A DNA stretch of 36,814 nt from a candidate division WOR-3 bacterium. Lineage in GTDB: Bacteria > Hydrothermota > Hydrothermia > Hydrothermales > Hydrothermaceae. Positions 1 to 13,565 of this stretch are shown here, in pieces (within the stretch, counting starts at the first letter, position 1; every line of letters begins with the position of its first letter). The position numbers were made by a program, and so were the translations under genes. The stretch lies in contig JBDRZD010000009.1 of NCBI GenBank assembly GCA_039803745.1, forward strand, positions 1 through 36,814. Reading direction: 5' to 3'. A model generated the notes under the pieces. It was given only the letters and a program-made list of their open reading frames with translations, ran no database searches and had not been told where the DNA came from.

Positions 1-118
1 TTGCCACCATTGATATGAAATTGGGTATGGCGATTGCTGCAAGAATACCTATGATTACGACCACTATAAGGAGTTCAATCAATGTGAACCCCTTTTTGCT
101 TTTATTTATGGTTTTCAT
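1..118 (-). CDS. pilA: Type IV (pre)pilin, N-terminal part; continues beyond the left edge of the window
   Basis: Manual reverse-strand translation from ATG at 118 gives MKTINKSKKG^FTLIELLIVVVIIGILAAIAIPNFISMVA. This is a class III signal peptide with G|F cleavage site, Glu+5 and a hydrophobic helix. Strong SD AGGAGGTG lies at 125-132 (minus). Major versus minor pilin is not determinable from the fragment. Confidence 0.93.
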   Translation of the reverse strand, partial: MKTINKSKKGFTLIELLIVVVIIGILAAIAIPNFISMVA

Positions 119-153
119 ATCACTCACCTCCTTTCACCTTCTACTTTTTTATA

Positions 154-169
154 TGAAAATTTTATGCCA
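154..169 (-). promoter_or_regulatory. Candidate sigma54 (-24/-12) promoter of the pilin gene
   Basis: Minus strand reads TGGCATAAAATTTTCA versus consensus TGGCACGNNNNTTGCA. Spacing is correct and the -24 TGGCA is intact, but the -12 has TC instead of GC. Confidence 0.45.
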
Positions 170-210
170 GAAAAAAATTCTTTCATTTACAGATAAATTT
201 TAAAGATTTT

Positions 211-249
211 AATTGCAAAATTGCAAATATAAATTGCAAAATTGCAAAT
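211..249. repeat. Four TTGCAA palindromes arranged as two AATTGCAAAATTGCAAAT units 21 bp apart
   Basis: TTGCAA occurs at 213, 221, 234 and 242 in the pilin/pdxJ divergent intergenic region. Confidence 0.8.
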
Positions 250-263
250 GAAAAATTTATAAT
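234..263 (+). promoter_or_regulatory. sigma70-type promoter of pdxJ (probably leaderless or near-leaderless)
   Basis: TTGCAA(234-239)-N18-TATAAT(258-263), 9 nt before ATG 273; no SD. Confidence 0.6.
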
Positions 264-272
264 TTAAAAGTT

Positions 273-989
273 ATGAAACCTATAAGATTGAGTGTAAATG
301 TTGACCATGTTGCCACTTTAAGGGAGGCAAGAAAGGAAAAATTTCCTGACCCTTCTGTTGCTGCAATAATTTCTGAGCATTTTGGTGCATCAGGAATTAC
401 ATGCCATATAAGAATTGATAGAAGACATATAAAGGAAGAGGACGTTTTTAAGTTAAAAAGGGCTATAAAGGGAGAATTAAATATGGAGATATGTCTTGAT
501 ATGATAGATTTTGCATTAAAGGTTAAACCTGACTGGATAACTCTTGTTCCTGAAAAAGAAAATGAAATAACAACAGAAGGTGGGCTTGATGTTATAAAGA
601 ATTTTGAAAGGGTAAAGGAAGCAATAAAAAGAATTAAATCTAAAAAAATTAAAGTTAGTATATTTGTTGAACCTGATAAAAACCAGATTGAAAAATGTTT
701 TGAGGCAGGTGCTGATGCAGTTGAATTGAATACAAATAGTTATGCAATTTCAAAGGGTAAAAAAAGGGAAAAGGAACTTCAAAGACTTAAAGAAGGGGCG
801 AAATTTGCAAGTGAAAAGGGATTGATTGTTAAGGCAGGACATGCATTAAACAGGCAAAATCTTTACGGAATTCTTGAAATTGAGGAAATTGAAGAGGTTT
901 CAATAGGATTTTCATTAATATCTGATGCCTTAATATTTGGTCTTCCAAAGGCAGTTAGTGAATATGTAAGAATTTTAGAAAGAAGATGA
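273..989 (+). CDS. pdxJ: Pyridoxine 5'-phosphate synthase
   Basis: Motifs LSVNVDHVATLR, GITCHIRIDRRHI, TLVPE..EITTEGGLD and KAGH; 238 aa. Confidence 0.93.
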   Translation: MKPIRLSVNVDHVATLREARKEKFPDPSVAAIISEHFGASGITCHIRIDRRHIKEEDVFKLKRAIKGELNMEICLDMIDFALKVKPDWITLVPEKENEITTEGGLDVIKNFERVKEAIKRIKSKKIKVSIFVEPDKNQIEKCFEAGADAVELNTNSYAISKGKKREKELQRLKEGAKFASEKGLIVKAGHALNRQNLYGILEIEEIEEVSIGFSLISDALIFGLPKAVSEYVRILERR

Positions 990-1528
990 AGAAAATATTT
1001 ATATTTTTTTTAATTTTTATTTCATGTGCAAGGGTTTATAAAAGAGAGATAAATTTTTATGATTTTAAAAAAATTCTTTTAAATAAATATGGGAATAGAG
1101 AAATTAAAAAATTTTATATTGAAGGTGATTTTGAGAGTTATGGACAAACTTATATGAAAGGTTTTTTTAAGGTAAAATTTTTTAATGATACATTCAATAT
1201 AAAGATTTTTTCCCCTCCTTTTTTTATAAGGGAAATAGAGGATGAATTTTTTAAAGAAGTTTTGAAGGGATTTTTTAATCCTTTAATTTTTTTAGAAAAA
1301 TATAGTGTTTTAGGAGTAAAAGAAGATAAGGAATTTTATATTGTTGAATTCAAGAATTTTTTGATATTTTTTAAAAAGGAAAATCTTTTTATTAAAAATA
1401 TACTATTTGAAGGTGGAAACATAAAACTTTTTGATTTTGAAGATTCTTTCCCAAAAATTTTAGAAATAAATTTTTTTGATGAGAAAATAAGGCTTAAATT
1501 AAGGGAATTCAGTTATGAATTTAAATAA
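986..1528 (+). CDS. Hypothetical lipoprotein (possibly LolA/LolB-like beta-fold)
   Basis: MKK, hydrophobic stretch and lipobox-like FISC; ATGA overlap with pdxJ; aromatic-rich alternating pattern. Fold is a guess. Confidence 0.6.
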   Translation: MKKIFIFFLIFISCARVYKREINFYDFKKILLNKYGNREIKKFYIEGDFESYGQTYMKGFFKVKFFNDTFNIKIFSPPFFIREIEDEFFKEVLKGFFNPLIFLEKYSVLGVKEDKEFYIVEFKNFLIFFKKENLFIKNILFEGGNIKLFDFEDSFPKILEINFFDEKIRLKLREFSYEFK

Positions 1529-1536
1529 AGATATTA

Positions 1537-1565
1537 TTGACAAATTTTTTAAAATACTTTATTAT
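1537..1565 (+). promoter_or_regulatory. sigma70 promoter of the pilB-pilB-pilT operon (leaderless)
   Basis: Perfect TTGACA(1537-1542)-N17-TATTAT(1560-1565), 6 nt before ATG 1572; no SD. Confidence 0.75.
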
Positions 1566-1571
1566 TAAGAT

Positions 1572-3383
1572 ATGAAAAAGATAAAAAGATTAGGGGAAAT
1601 GCTTATAGAAGAGGGGCTTTTAAAGGAGGAAGATTTAGAAAAAGCACTTGAATATCAAAAGAAAAATGGTAAAAGGCTTGGTTCAGTTCTTCTTGAACTT
1701 GGTCTTGTAAAAGAAAAGGATATATTAAAGGTTCTTTCAAAACAGTTTAATGTTCCTGTTGCAACAAAAAAGGACTTAGAAAATATAAGTGAGGATATAA
1801 TTAGACTTATTCCTCCTGATGTTGCTGCAAGATATTTAATTGTTCCTGTTGCAAGAAAAGGTAAAAGTTTAATCCTTGCGATGGTTAATCCTCTTGATCA
1901 GTTTGCAATAGAGGATGCAAAATTTATATCAGGTTTTGATATTATTCCTGTTGTTAGTCTTGAAGATAATATAAGGGAAGCCATTAAAAAATATTATGGG
2001 ATTGAAGATGTTATGGATATGCTTGCAAAAGTTGGAGAAGAAGGGGAGATTGAAGTTATTGGAAAAGGGGGAATGGATAAAGCAGGAAAGGATGATTTGG
2101 GAATTGTCGGGGTAGAGGATGAGGAGTTAAAAGTATTGATTGAAAGTGGTGAAATTCTTAAAGAGACACCAAGAGCTGAAGAAGAGGAGATAAGTGATAT
2201 ACTTGCAGAGGTTGAAAGTGGACCTATTGTTAAACTTGTTAACACAATTATATCCGATGCTGTTGAAAGAAGGGCTTCTGATGTTCATATTGAACCTTAT
2301 GAAAATGATGTAAGGGTAAGATACAGAATAGATGGTATTCTGCATGAGATTTTCAGGAAGCCAAAGAAGTTTGCGGCTCCTATGGTCGCAAGGATTAAGA
2401 TAATGGCAAAGATGAAACTTGAGGAAAAAAGAAAGCCACAGGATGGAAGAATAAGGGTTAGGATGGGTGATAGGATGGTTGATTTAAGAGTTGCAACAGT
2501 TCCAACAGTATTTGGAGAAAAGGTTGCAATAAGAATTTTGGATAGAACCCAGATTCCTTTAAGGCTTGATGCACTTGGCTTTGAACCTGAATCTCTTGAA
2601 ATTTTCAGGAAAGCAATTAGAAATCCAAACGGAATAGTTCTTGTTACAGGACCAACAGGATGTGGAAAAACAACAACTCTTTATGCTGCTTTAACAGAAC
2701 TCAATTCAATTGAGGTTAATATTTCAACAGTTGAAGACCCTGTTGAGTTTACTTTGATGGGGATAAATCAAGTTCAGGTTAAAGAAGAGGTTGGTATGAC
2801 TTTTGCTTCAGGATTAAGGGCATTCTTAAGGCAGGACCCTGATATTATTATGGTTGGCGAAATAAGGGATTTTGAGACTGCTGAGATAGCAATAAGGGCA
2901 TCTTTAACAGGACACCTTGTTCTTTCAACAGTTCATACAAATACTGCTGCTGCAACAGTAACAAGGCTTATAAATATGGAAATAGAGCCATTTTTGATTG
3001 CTTCTACCTTACTTGTTGTTAGTTCACAAAGGCTTGTAAGGAAAATATGTGAGTCATGTAAGGTTCCTTACCAGCCTGAAAAGGCAATACTTTATGAACT
3101 TTCCCCTAATCCAGAGGAGGTATTTAAAGGGGTAACTTTTTATAAGGGAAGTGGATGTAAAAAATGCCATGGAACAGGATATAAAGGAAGGATTGGTCTT
3201 TTTGAAGTTTTACCTGTTACAAAAAGAATAAGGGAGTTAATACTTGAAAGAGCACCAACCCATATTATTGAAAAGGCAGCAATTGAGGAAGGTATGCTCA
3301 CATTGAGAGAATCTGGTATAAGGAAGATAAAGGCAGGTGTTACAACACCTGAAGAAATAATAAAAGAGACAAAGATGGAATAA
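1572..3383 (+). CDS. pilB: Type IV pilus assembly ATPase PilB/GspE family, paralogue 1, with N-terminal MshEN domain
   Basis: Tandem RLGxxLxxxG..L...L..Q motifs, ASDVHIEP, Walker A GPTGCGKT, EDPVE, RQDPDIIMVGEIRD, His box and a tetracysteine Zn motif. Confidence 0.93.
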   Translation: MKKIKRLGEMLIEEGLLKEEDLEKALEYQKKNGKRLGSVLLELGLVKEKDILKVLSKQFNVPVATKKDLENISEDIIRLIPPDVAARYLIVPVARKGKSLILAMVNPLDQFAIEDAKFISGFDIIPVVSLEDNIREAIKKYYGIEDVMDMLAKVGEEGEIEVIGKGGMDKAGKDDLGIVGVEDEELKVLIESGEILKETPRAEEEEISDILAEVESGPIVKLVNTIISDAVERRASDVHIEPYENDVRVRYRIDGILHEIFRKPKKFAAPMVARIKIMAKMKLEEKRKPQDGRIRVRMGDRMVDLRVATVPTVFGEKVAIRILDRTQIPLRLDALGFEPESLEIFRKAIRNPNGIVLVTGPTGCGKTTTLYAALTELNSIEVNISTVEDPVEFTLMGINQVQVKEEVGMTFASGLRAFLRQDPDIIMVGEIRDFETAEIAIRASLTGHLVLSTVHTNTAAATVTRLINMEIEPFLIASTLLVVSSQRLVRKICESCKVPYQPEKAILYELSPNPEEVFKGVTFYKGSGCKKCHGTGYKGRIGLFEVLPVTKRIRELILERAPTHIIEKAAIEEGMLTLRESGIRKIKAGVTTPEEIIKETKME

Positions 3384-3384
3384 A

Positions 3385-5109
3385 ATGGCACTCAGAATTG
3401 GTGAAATGCTTTTAAAAGCAGGTCTTATAACCCAAAAAGACCTTGAAGAGGCTTTAAGAAGACAGAAAGAAACAGGTAAGAGGCTCGGTTCAACTCTTGT
3501 TGAGATGGGGGTAATAGATGAAAAAACTCTTGTTAAATTTCTTTCAAAACAACTTGGTGTTCCCCCTGTTGATTTATCAACATTAAAGATGATACCACCA
3601 GAAATTCTTTCCCTTATTCCTGCTGAAACCGCATACAGGTATCAGGTTTTGCCACTTGGAAGAAAGGGCAATTTACTTTTTGTTGCCATGGTTGACCCAA
3701 CAAATATTGTTGCAATAGATGAAATAAAATTTTCAACAGGCTTAGAGGTTTCTCCTGTTATTGCTTTAGAATCTGCAATGAATGAAGCTTTAAAAAAGTT
3801 TTACCCAGAAATGGAAACAATGATTAAAGAAACGAGAAGAGAAGAAGAGGGAAAAGAGGGAATACATGCAACTCTTGAAGATATTGAATTCATAGATGCA
3901 GCAGTTGAAGAAGAAAAAGTAGAGGATTTAAAGAGACTTGGTGAAGATACAACTGTTACAAAACTTGTAAATCATATAATATTTCAGGCAGTTAAAATCG
4001 GAGCATCAGATATTCATATTGAACCCTATGAAAGAACTTTAAGAATAAGATATAGAATTGATGGAGTATTAAGGGAGGTTATGACCCCACCTTATTATAT
4101 GAAGGCAGGGATTGTTTCAAGGATAAAACTTTTATCTGAAATGGATATTGCTGAAAGAAGAAAGCCTCAGGATGGAAGAATAAACATGAAAGTTGATAAC
4201 AGGGTTATAGATTTCAGAGTATCGGTTATCCCCACAGTTTACGGTGAAAAGGTTGTTATGAGAATTCTTGATAAATCAGGACTCCAACTTGATTTAACAA
4301 AACTCGGTTTTGAACCTGAAGACCTTGAAAAGTTTGAAAAAGCAATCCGCTCCCCTTACGGGATTATACTTGTGACAGGTCCTACAGGAAGTGGGAAGAC
4401 AACAACACTTTATTCTGCATTATCTACAATAAATACACCTGATAAACAAATAATTACAGTTGAAGACCCTGTTGAGTATAACATTGAAGGAATTAATCAG
4501 GTTCAGGTAAATAGAGAAGTTGGACTTGATTTTGCAGAGGCTTTAAGGGCATTCTTAAGACAATCCCCTGATGTAATACTTGTTGGTGAGATAAGAGACC
4601 ATGAAACAGCAGAAATTGCGATAAGGGCAGCATTGACAGGACACCTTGTTTTTTCAACAATTCATACAAATGATGCTCCAACAACAATTGATAGGCTTGT
4701 TGACCTTGGAATAAAACCATATTTGATCGCTTCAGGTGTTATTTTGATTCAGGCACAAAGACTTGTAAGGAAAATATGCAGGAATTGTATTGAAGAAACT
4801 ACTTATGATGAAAAAATAATAAAAGAACTCGGGATTTCTGAAGAACTTTTAAAAGATATGAAATTTTATAAAGGAAGGGGATGCCAGGTATGTGGAAGAA
4901 CAGGTTATAAGGGAAGGATAGGAATATTTGAAGTTATGCCGATAACTCCTGATTTAAGGGAACTTATTTTAAAAGGTGCTTCCTCGGATGAGATAAGAGA
5001 ACAGGCGAGAAAAGAAGGGATGCATACCCTTAGAGAAGATGGGATAATTAAAATTAAAAAAGGTATAACAACTGTTGAAGAAGTTTTAAGAATAACAACA
5101 GAATTTTAA
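3385..5109 (+). CDS. pilB: Type IV pilus assembly ATPase PilB/GspE family, paralogue 2, with N-terminal MshEN domain
   Basis: RIGEMLLKAG.../RLGSTLVEMG... repeats, GPTGSGKT, EDPVE, VGEIRD, HTNDA and CxxC..CxxC. Confidence 0.93.
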   Translation: MALRIGEMLLKAGLITQKDLEEALRRQKETGKRLGSTLVEMGVIDEKTLVKFLSKQLGVPPVDLSTLKMIPPEILSLIPAETAYRYQVLPLGRKGNLLFVAMVDPTNIVAIDEIKFSTGLEVSPVIALESAMNEALKKFYPEMETMIKETRREEEGKEGIHATLEDIEFIDAAVEEEKVEDLKRLGEDTTVTKLVNHIIFQAVKIGASDIHIEPYERTLRIRYRIDGVLREVMTPPYYMKAGIVSRIKLLSEMDIAERRKPQDGRINMKVDNRVIDFRVSVIPTVYGEKVVMRILDKSGLQLDLTKLGFEPEDLEKFEKAIRSPYGIILVTGPTGSGKTTTLYSALSTINTPDKQIITVEDPVEYNIEGINQVQVNREVGLDFAEALRAFLRQSPDVILVGEIRDHETAEIAIRAALTGHLVFSTIHTNDAPTTIDRLVDLGIKPYLIASGVILIQAQRLVRKICRNCIEETTYDEKIIKELGISEELLKDMKFYKGRGCQVCGRTGYKGRIGIFEVMPITPDLRELILKGASSDEIREQARKEGMHTLREDGIIKIKKGITTVEEVLRITTEF

Positions 5110-5129
5110 AATTTTAAAGGAGGTGGAAT

Positions 5130-6206
5130 ATGCCTGTAACAATGAAACAGCTTTTAGAAGAGATGGTGCATAGAGATGCAACAGATTTGCATATCTCAGC
5201 AGGTTCTCCTCCTCTTTTTAGAATAGACGGGATTCTTGTCCCATCAAATTATGATGTTTTAACAAAAGAGGAGGCACAGCAACTTGTTTATTCAGTGATG
5301 ACAGAAGAGCAGAAGAAAAAACTTGAAGAAGAATGGGAAGTTGATTTTTCATTTGGTATAACAGGTCTTTCTCGTTTCAGGGCAAATGCTTATAAACAAA
5401 GGGGTTCAATAAGCATTGCTATAAGAACAATTCCATACAAAATAAGGAGTTTTGAAGAACTTGGTCTTCCTCCTGTTGTTGAAGAATTTGCATCAAGGCA
5501 AAAAGGGCTTGTTCTTGTAACAGGTCCAACAGGTCATGGTAAATCAACAACACTTGCTTCAATAATTGAGAAGATAAATAATGAAAGAAGATGTCATATT
5601 CTTACAATAGAAGACCCAATTGAATATCTGTTTGCAAACAAAAAGGCTTACATAACTCAAAGGCAGGTTGAATCTGACACAAAGTCATTTGCAAGAGCAT
5701 TAAAATATGCATTGAGGCAGGACCCTGATGTGGTGATGATTGGTGAGATGAGAGACCTTGAAACAATTGCTGCTGCATTAACGATTTCAGAAACAGGACA
5801 TTTGACCCTTGCAACCCTTCATACAAACTCAGCAGTTGAATCAGTTAACAGGATTATAGATGTATTTCCTCCTCATCAACAGCAGCAGGTTAGAACTCAG
5901 CTTGCATTTGTTATTTTAGGTATAATAACACAGGCTTTGCTTCCAAAGATAGGTGGTGGAAGAGTTCTTGCATGTGAGGTTCTCGTTGCAACTCCTGCTG
6001 TGAAAGCAATGATAAGGGATAATAAAGTTCATCAGATTTATTCATTGATGCAAGCAGGACAGAAATACGGGATGCAGACAATGAATCAATCCCTTTATAA
6101 ACTTTATATGCAGAGGAAAATAACCCTTGAAACCGCACTCTCCTTTTCAAGAGACCCTGAAGAACTTGAAAGAATGATAAAAGAGAAGTCACCAATAGTA
6201 AAATAA
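5130..6206 (+). CDS. pilT: Type IV pilus retraction ATPase PilT
   Basis: ATDLHI, RFRANAY, GPTGHGKST, EDPIE, LRQDPD, GEMRD, AIRNLIRE-like AVKAMIRD and GMQTM; SD AAGGAGGT upstream. Confidence 0.95.
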   Translation: MPVTMKQLLEEMVHRDATDLHISAGSPPLFRIDGILVPSNYDVLTKEEAQQLVYSVMTEEQKKKLEEEWEVDFSFGITGLSRFRANAYKQRGSISIAIRTIPYKIRSFEELGLPPVVEEFASRQKGLVLVTGPTGHGKSTTLASIIEKINNERRCHILTIEDPIEYLFANKKAYITQRQVESDTKSFARALKYALRQDPDVVMIGEMRDLETIAAALTISETGHLTLATLHTNSAVESVNRIIDVFPPHQQQQVRTQLAFVILGIITQALLPKIGGGRVLACEVLVATPAVKAMIRDNKVHQIYSLMQAGQKYGMQTMNQSLYKLYMQRKITLETALSFSRDPEELERMIKEKSPIVK

Positions 6207-6207
6207 G

Positions 6208-8446
6208 TTGCTCACCTCCCACTTAGAAAAATCTTTAATACCTTTAAGTCTCAAGATAAAGAATATTGAAAATTTATGGAATAAAGAAGAGGTAGAATTT
6301 TTAAAAAAATATGTTTTAAATAAATTTAAAGAAGATGTTAATTTTCTATTTGATAAGGAAAAACCAAAAACTTTTGTAATTGAAAATGGTGAGGAATTTA
6401 AAAGTTTAGAAGATGCTTTGAAATATTTTATAAAGAGTTCAGAAAAATTAAAGGAAGAGGAAAAGTTTATTTATCTTTTATTCCTTTTGAAATTAAAATT
6501 TTTGAAATACAAGAAAGAAGATTTTAAAAAATATGAAAATGAAATTTTATCAATTTTTAAAAAGGAATCATTAAAAAGCCTTCTTTCTTTGATTTTAAAA
6601 TCAGAACATTTTTATGAAAAATCAGTAGGAGATTTAAGTGAAAAACTGGCGCTGTCTGTTCACAAAAAGTTTTTAGATTTTTTAAAAATCTTTCACACCT
6701 TCTATGTAGAAATTTATTTTGAGAAAATATTAATGGAAGAAGATGAAGACATTTTAAAATATCTTACAGGATTTACAATTCCTGAAAAGTATATAAGTAA
6801 ATTTGAAAAGGAAATTCAAAATTTTAAAGAACTTAAAGAGGTAGAATCCATTTTAAAAAATTTAGAAATTCAGGAGAAGAAAATAATTGATGATTTAAAG
6901 GAAAGCCTTAATTTAGAAATTGAGGATTTTTCAAAAGAAATAAGAGATATTGTTTCAAAGAAAAAACTTAACTTATTTTTACCCTATATAAAAGAAAAAA
7001 GTGCTAAGTGGCTTAGGTCTTTCGGGATTATTCTAAAAGATTATAATTATATTCAGAAGAGAAAAATGGATTATGAAGGAAAATTTAAAATAGAAATTTC
7101 TAAAACTGTTTCAAATACCCTTCCTTCCCCTTATATTTTAATTAAAGAATGGGAAAAGGCAAAAGGTATTTTTTTAAAAGAAAAGTCTAAAGAAAAGGAA
7201 GTTTTACAAAGGATATTTTTTGAATATTATTCATACAAAAAAAAGGAAAAAAAGGATTTTGAATTTTTTGAAGATTTTATTAAAAAAGAATTTATAGAGT
7301 TTAAAATGGATTTTGAAGAATTTGAAAAGGAACTTTCCTATTTTTTTGAAGATAAATTTATTCCAAATCTTATCTTATGTCTTCTTTTAAAAAGTATAGT
7401 TATAATTCCTGAGGAAATTACAGATGAAAATGTTAAAGATTTATCATGCTGGATAGCCTTTAAAAAATTGCCAGATGGAGATTATTATATTTTTAAAGAT
7501 TTTGAAAATTTAAAAATCTCCGTGCCTTTTAAAACTCCTGAAGATTTTTATAACAAATTTAAAGAAATGGTTTCTTGCCTCGTTTACGACATAAGAGGCT
7601 CAACATTTATGTCCCTTAAATTAAAAGATTCAATTAAGGAATTCAATATAAAAAATGAATTTAATAAGGAAATGGTTTCAATAATTAAAAGATATGGTGG
7701 ATTTCCTTTGAAGGACTTGGGTGATGGTGGAATAATCCTATTTTCTGCCAACTCAAGGGAAATTTTTGAAGAAATTTTTGAAGAAGCCTTTTTGCCAAAA
7801 GGCAGGGCTTTAAGGATCCCTAAGTTATTTGAAAAGGAAGTTGAGATAGTTCCTTCATCTAACTCAAGTATAAATGCGATTTTATGTGCAAGAGATATGT
7901 ATAAAAAGTCTTTAGAATTTATAAGAGAAAATTATCCAAAATACAGAGACTTTTTCCCTGATGTTGTTGAAAATTTCCCTCCTTTGAAGTCGCTTTTCAG
8001 GGTGGGAATAGGTATTGCTTCTGGAAAACCAGGGAAACACATTTATTTGAATTATAACAGTTTTGGAGATATAGATGCTTCAGGTTGCATAATAAATATA
8101 GCGAATTTACTTGCACAGGGTAAAAATCCTTTAAACTCTCTAATTTATATAGACTCGGCTACATTCTTTTCATTTTTATTGAATTCCTCTGAATGGGATA
8201 TTGAATGTGAAACTGAGGGTATTTTTGAAAGAATAAAGTTTTATTTTGATAAAATAGATGAATTCTGGGTTTTTGATTTCCCTTTAAAAGAGATAAAAAT
8301 AAAAATTATCGGCACCGATCTTTTAGATATACCGGAGAAGGAGGAAGGACTTGTATTTCAGGTGCCTCCTGAAGTTGAATTTGGAAGGGATGAAGAACTA
8401 TTTTTTAAGGAACATCCTTTAAGGCTTATATATGAAGTAATTCCAT

Positions 8447-8460
<14 letters not shown>
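6208..8460 (+). CDS. Large cytoplasmic protein with divergent class III nucleotidyl (adenylate-type) cyclase domain in its C-terminal half
   Basis: VYDIRGST (D461), KDLGDG (K502, D506), RVGIGIASG and DASGCIINIANLL (D623, N630). The N-terminal ~450 aa look helical and are unassigned. The TTG start 1 nt after the pilT stop is uncertain. Confidence 0.7.
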
Positions 8461-11887
<3,427 letters not shown>

Positions 11888-11891
<4 letters not shown>

Positions 11892-13561
11892 TCATTAATT
11901 ATTATTTTCCCTTTTATGTTTAATTCATTGTTTACCCTATCACTTATTTTAAGGGAAAATTCGTGTTCACCCTTTTCAAGTTTTATTTTTTTGAATAGAT
12001 TAAGCCTTCCATATACTGGATGATAATAAAGGGGAAAAAATTTTCCATCAATATAAAATTTTATTTTATTCCCATCAATACCGCTTTCTTTATCATATAC
12101 ATAAAATCTAATATTAAATGGATTTTTTGAATATATTATTTTATTTCCACTGAAATTCGGTGGTATCGTATCAAGTTTTGTTTCAAAAATTCCTCCTTTA
12201 AAAGCAAGTGCATATTCTTTTCCTGCAAATTTACCATTATAAACCCAATACTCTTTTTCTTTTGATTCTTTTTTAATTAAAAATGTATCAAAAATTGCAA
12301 AATTTGGCAAAATATTTATTTTATTTTCTTTTATTTCTGCATAAAAAAATAAAGGAAAAGGACTCTTATATTTAATCTCAATTCCATTTATCATTTTTGA
12401 TTTTATTTTCTTTTCTGAAAAAAATACATAAATTTCTTTTTCATTATTTTCTTTACCCTCAAATAAAAATTTCACTTTCCCTTCAAAAAAAGGAGGAGGA
12501 ATCCATTTGAATTCATTATACCATCCCATATCAATTTTTTCAATTTGAATTCTTTCATCATTTAAAATTGCATAGACATTCTTAACATTCTTTCCTTCCC
12601 TGAAAACAATTCCATCAAAAAAGTAAAAAGAAGAAGGTATAATAATTTTTCTAAATAGAGTCTTTCCATTTATTTTATTTTCTATTTTAAAAAATAAAGA
12701 GTCTTTATTACCCGCATAATCAAGAACAATAATTTTTATATTTAAATCCCTGTTTGCATTTATTGAAACTCCAAGAGGATGAAACCAACTTCTTGAATAA
12801 TACTTGCTATCCTTGAAATAAAAATAGTTACCCTCTCTATGATTATCTATTAAAATGCTATCATTTTTTTTAGAAAATATTAAACTGTCATCTTTAAAAA
12901 TTTTTATCTCATAAATTCCTGTTTTGTTTCCATTTTCCCATTTATCATATGCCTTAATCCATATCATGAATTCTCCCTTCCCATACACTTTTTCCTGCCC
13001 TCTTTTTATAATAAGCGGAAAATAAGATGAATTTATTATACTTTTGCTTAGCGGAATCAAAAGTATTTTTTCTATATAAGGAGGAATAGTATCATGAATA
13101 TCTATGAATTTAAAGGGGTTTAAAGCAACATTCATATCTTTTCTTATTTCAAGATGGAGATGGGGTGAAAGACAGCCTGTATTTCCTGCATAACAAACTA
13201 TCTCATTTTCTTTTATCTTTATTTCTTTATCAAAAAATATTTCAATTTCGTTTTTTTCTTCTTCTAAAAGTTTTTCAAAAATAATTGAATCAATTAAATC
13301 ATTAAATCTATCAAGATGAGCAAGAACATATATATAATTATTTTTATCTTTTAAATAAAGAACTTTACCATAACCCTCATAATTTACCTTTGCTCTTATA
13401 ACTTCTACTTCAAAGGGAAAGAAAATCGGGACTTTCTTTTTTCTAAATGTTGAAAAATCAACACCTAAATGATACCTTGTTTCCCTTGATTCACCAAAAG
13501 TTGAAGTAACAGGATTTTTAAATATATCTAAAAAAAGGAAAAGGAATAAAATTATATTCAC
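11888..13561 (-). CDS. Secreted M23 family metallopeptidase with C-terminal beta domains
   Basis: N-terminal hydrophobic signal, TSTFGESR..YHLGVD (HxxxD), GYGK, AHL, GNTG..PHLHLE (HxH) and NP; GTG start. Confidence 0.85.
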
Positions 13562-13565
13562 TTAT

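Noticed and set aside
15..203. 62-aa plus-strand ORF
   Set aside because: Antisense shadow of the pilin N-terminus and its promoter region.
211..249. Possible mini-CRISPR or transposon end
   Set aside because: Units are only 8-21 bp with no unique spacers, and there is no cas or transposase gene nearby.
2727..4477. Identical 22-nt stretch ACAGTTGAAGACCCTGTTGAGT shared by the two pilB genes
   Set aside because: Encodes the conserved TVEDPVE motif; explained by paralogy and codon bias, not a repeat element or recombination cassette.
1994..6222. Short minus-strand ORFs within pilB/pilB/pilT
   Set aside because: Fully antisense to well-conserved genes, with no motifs or RBS.
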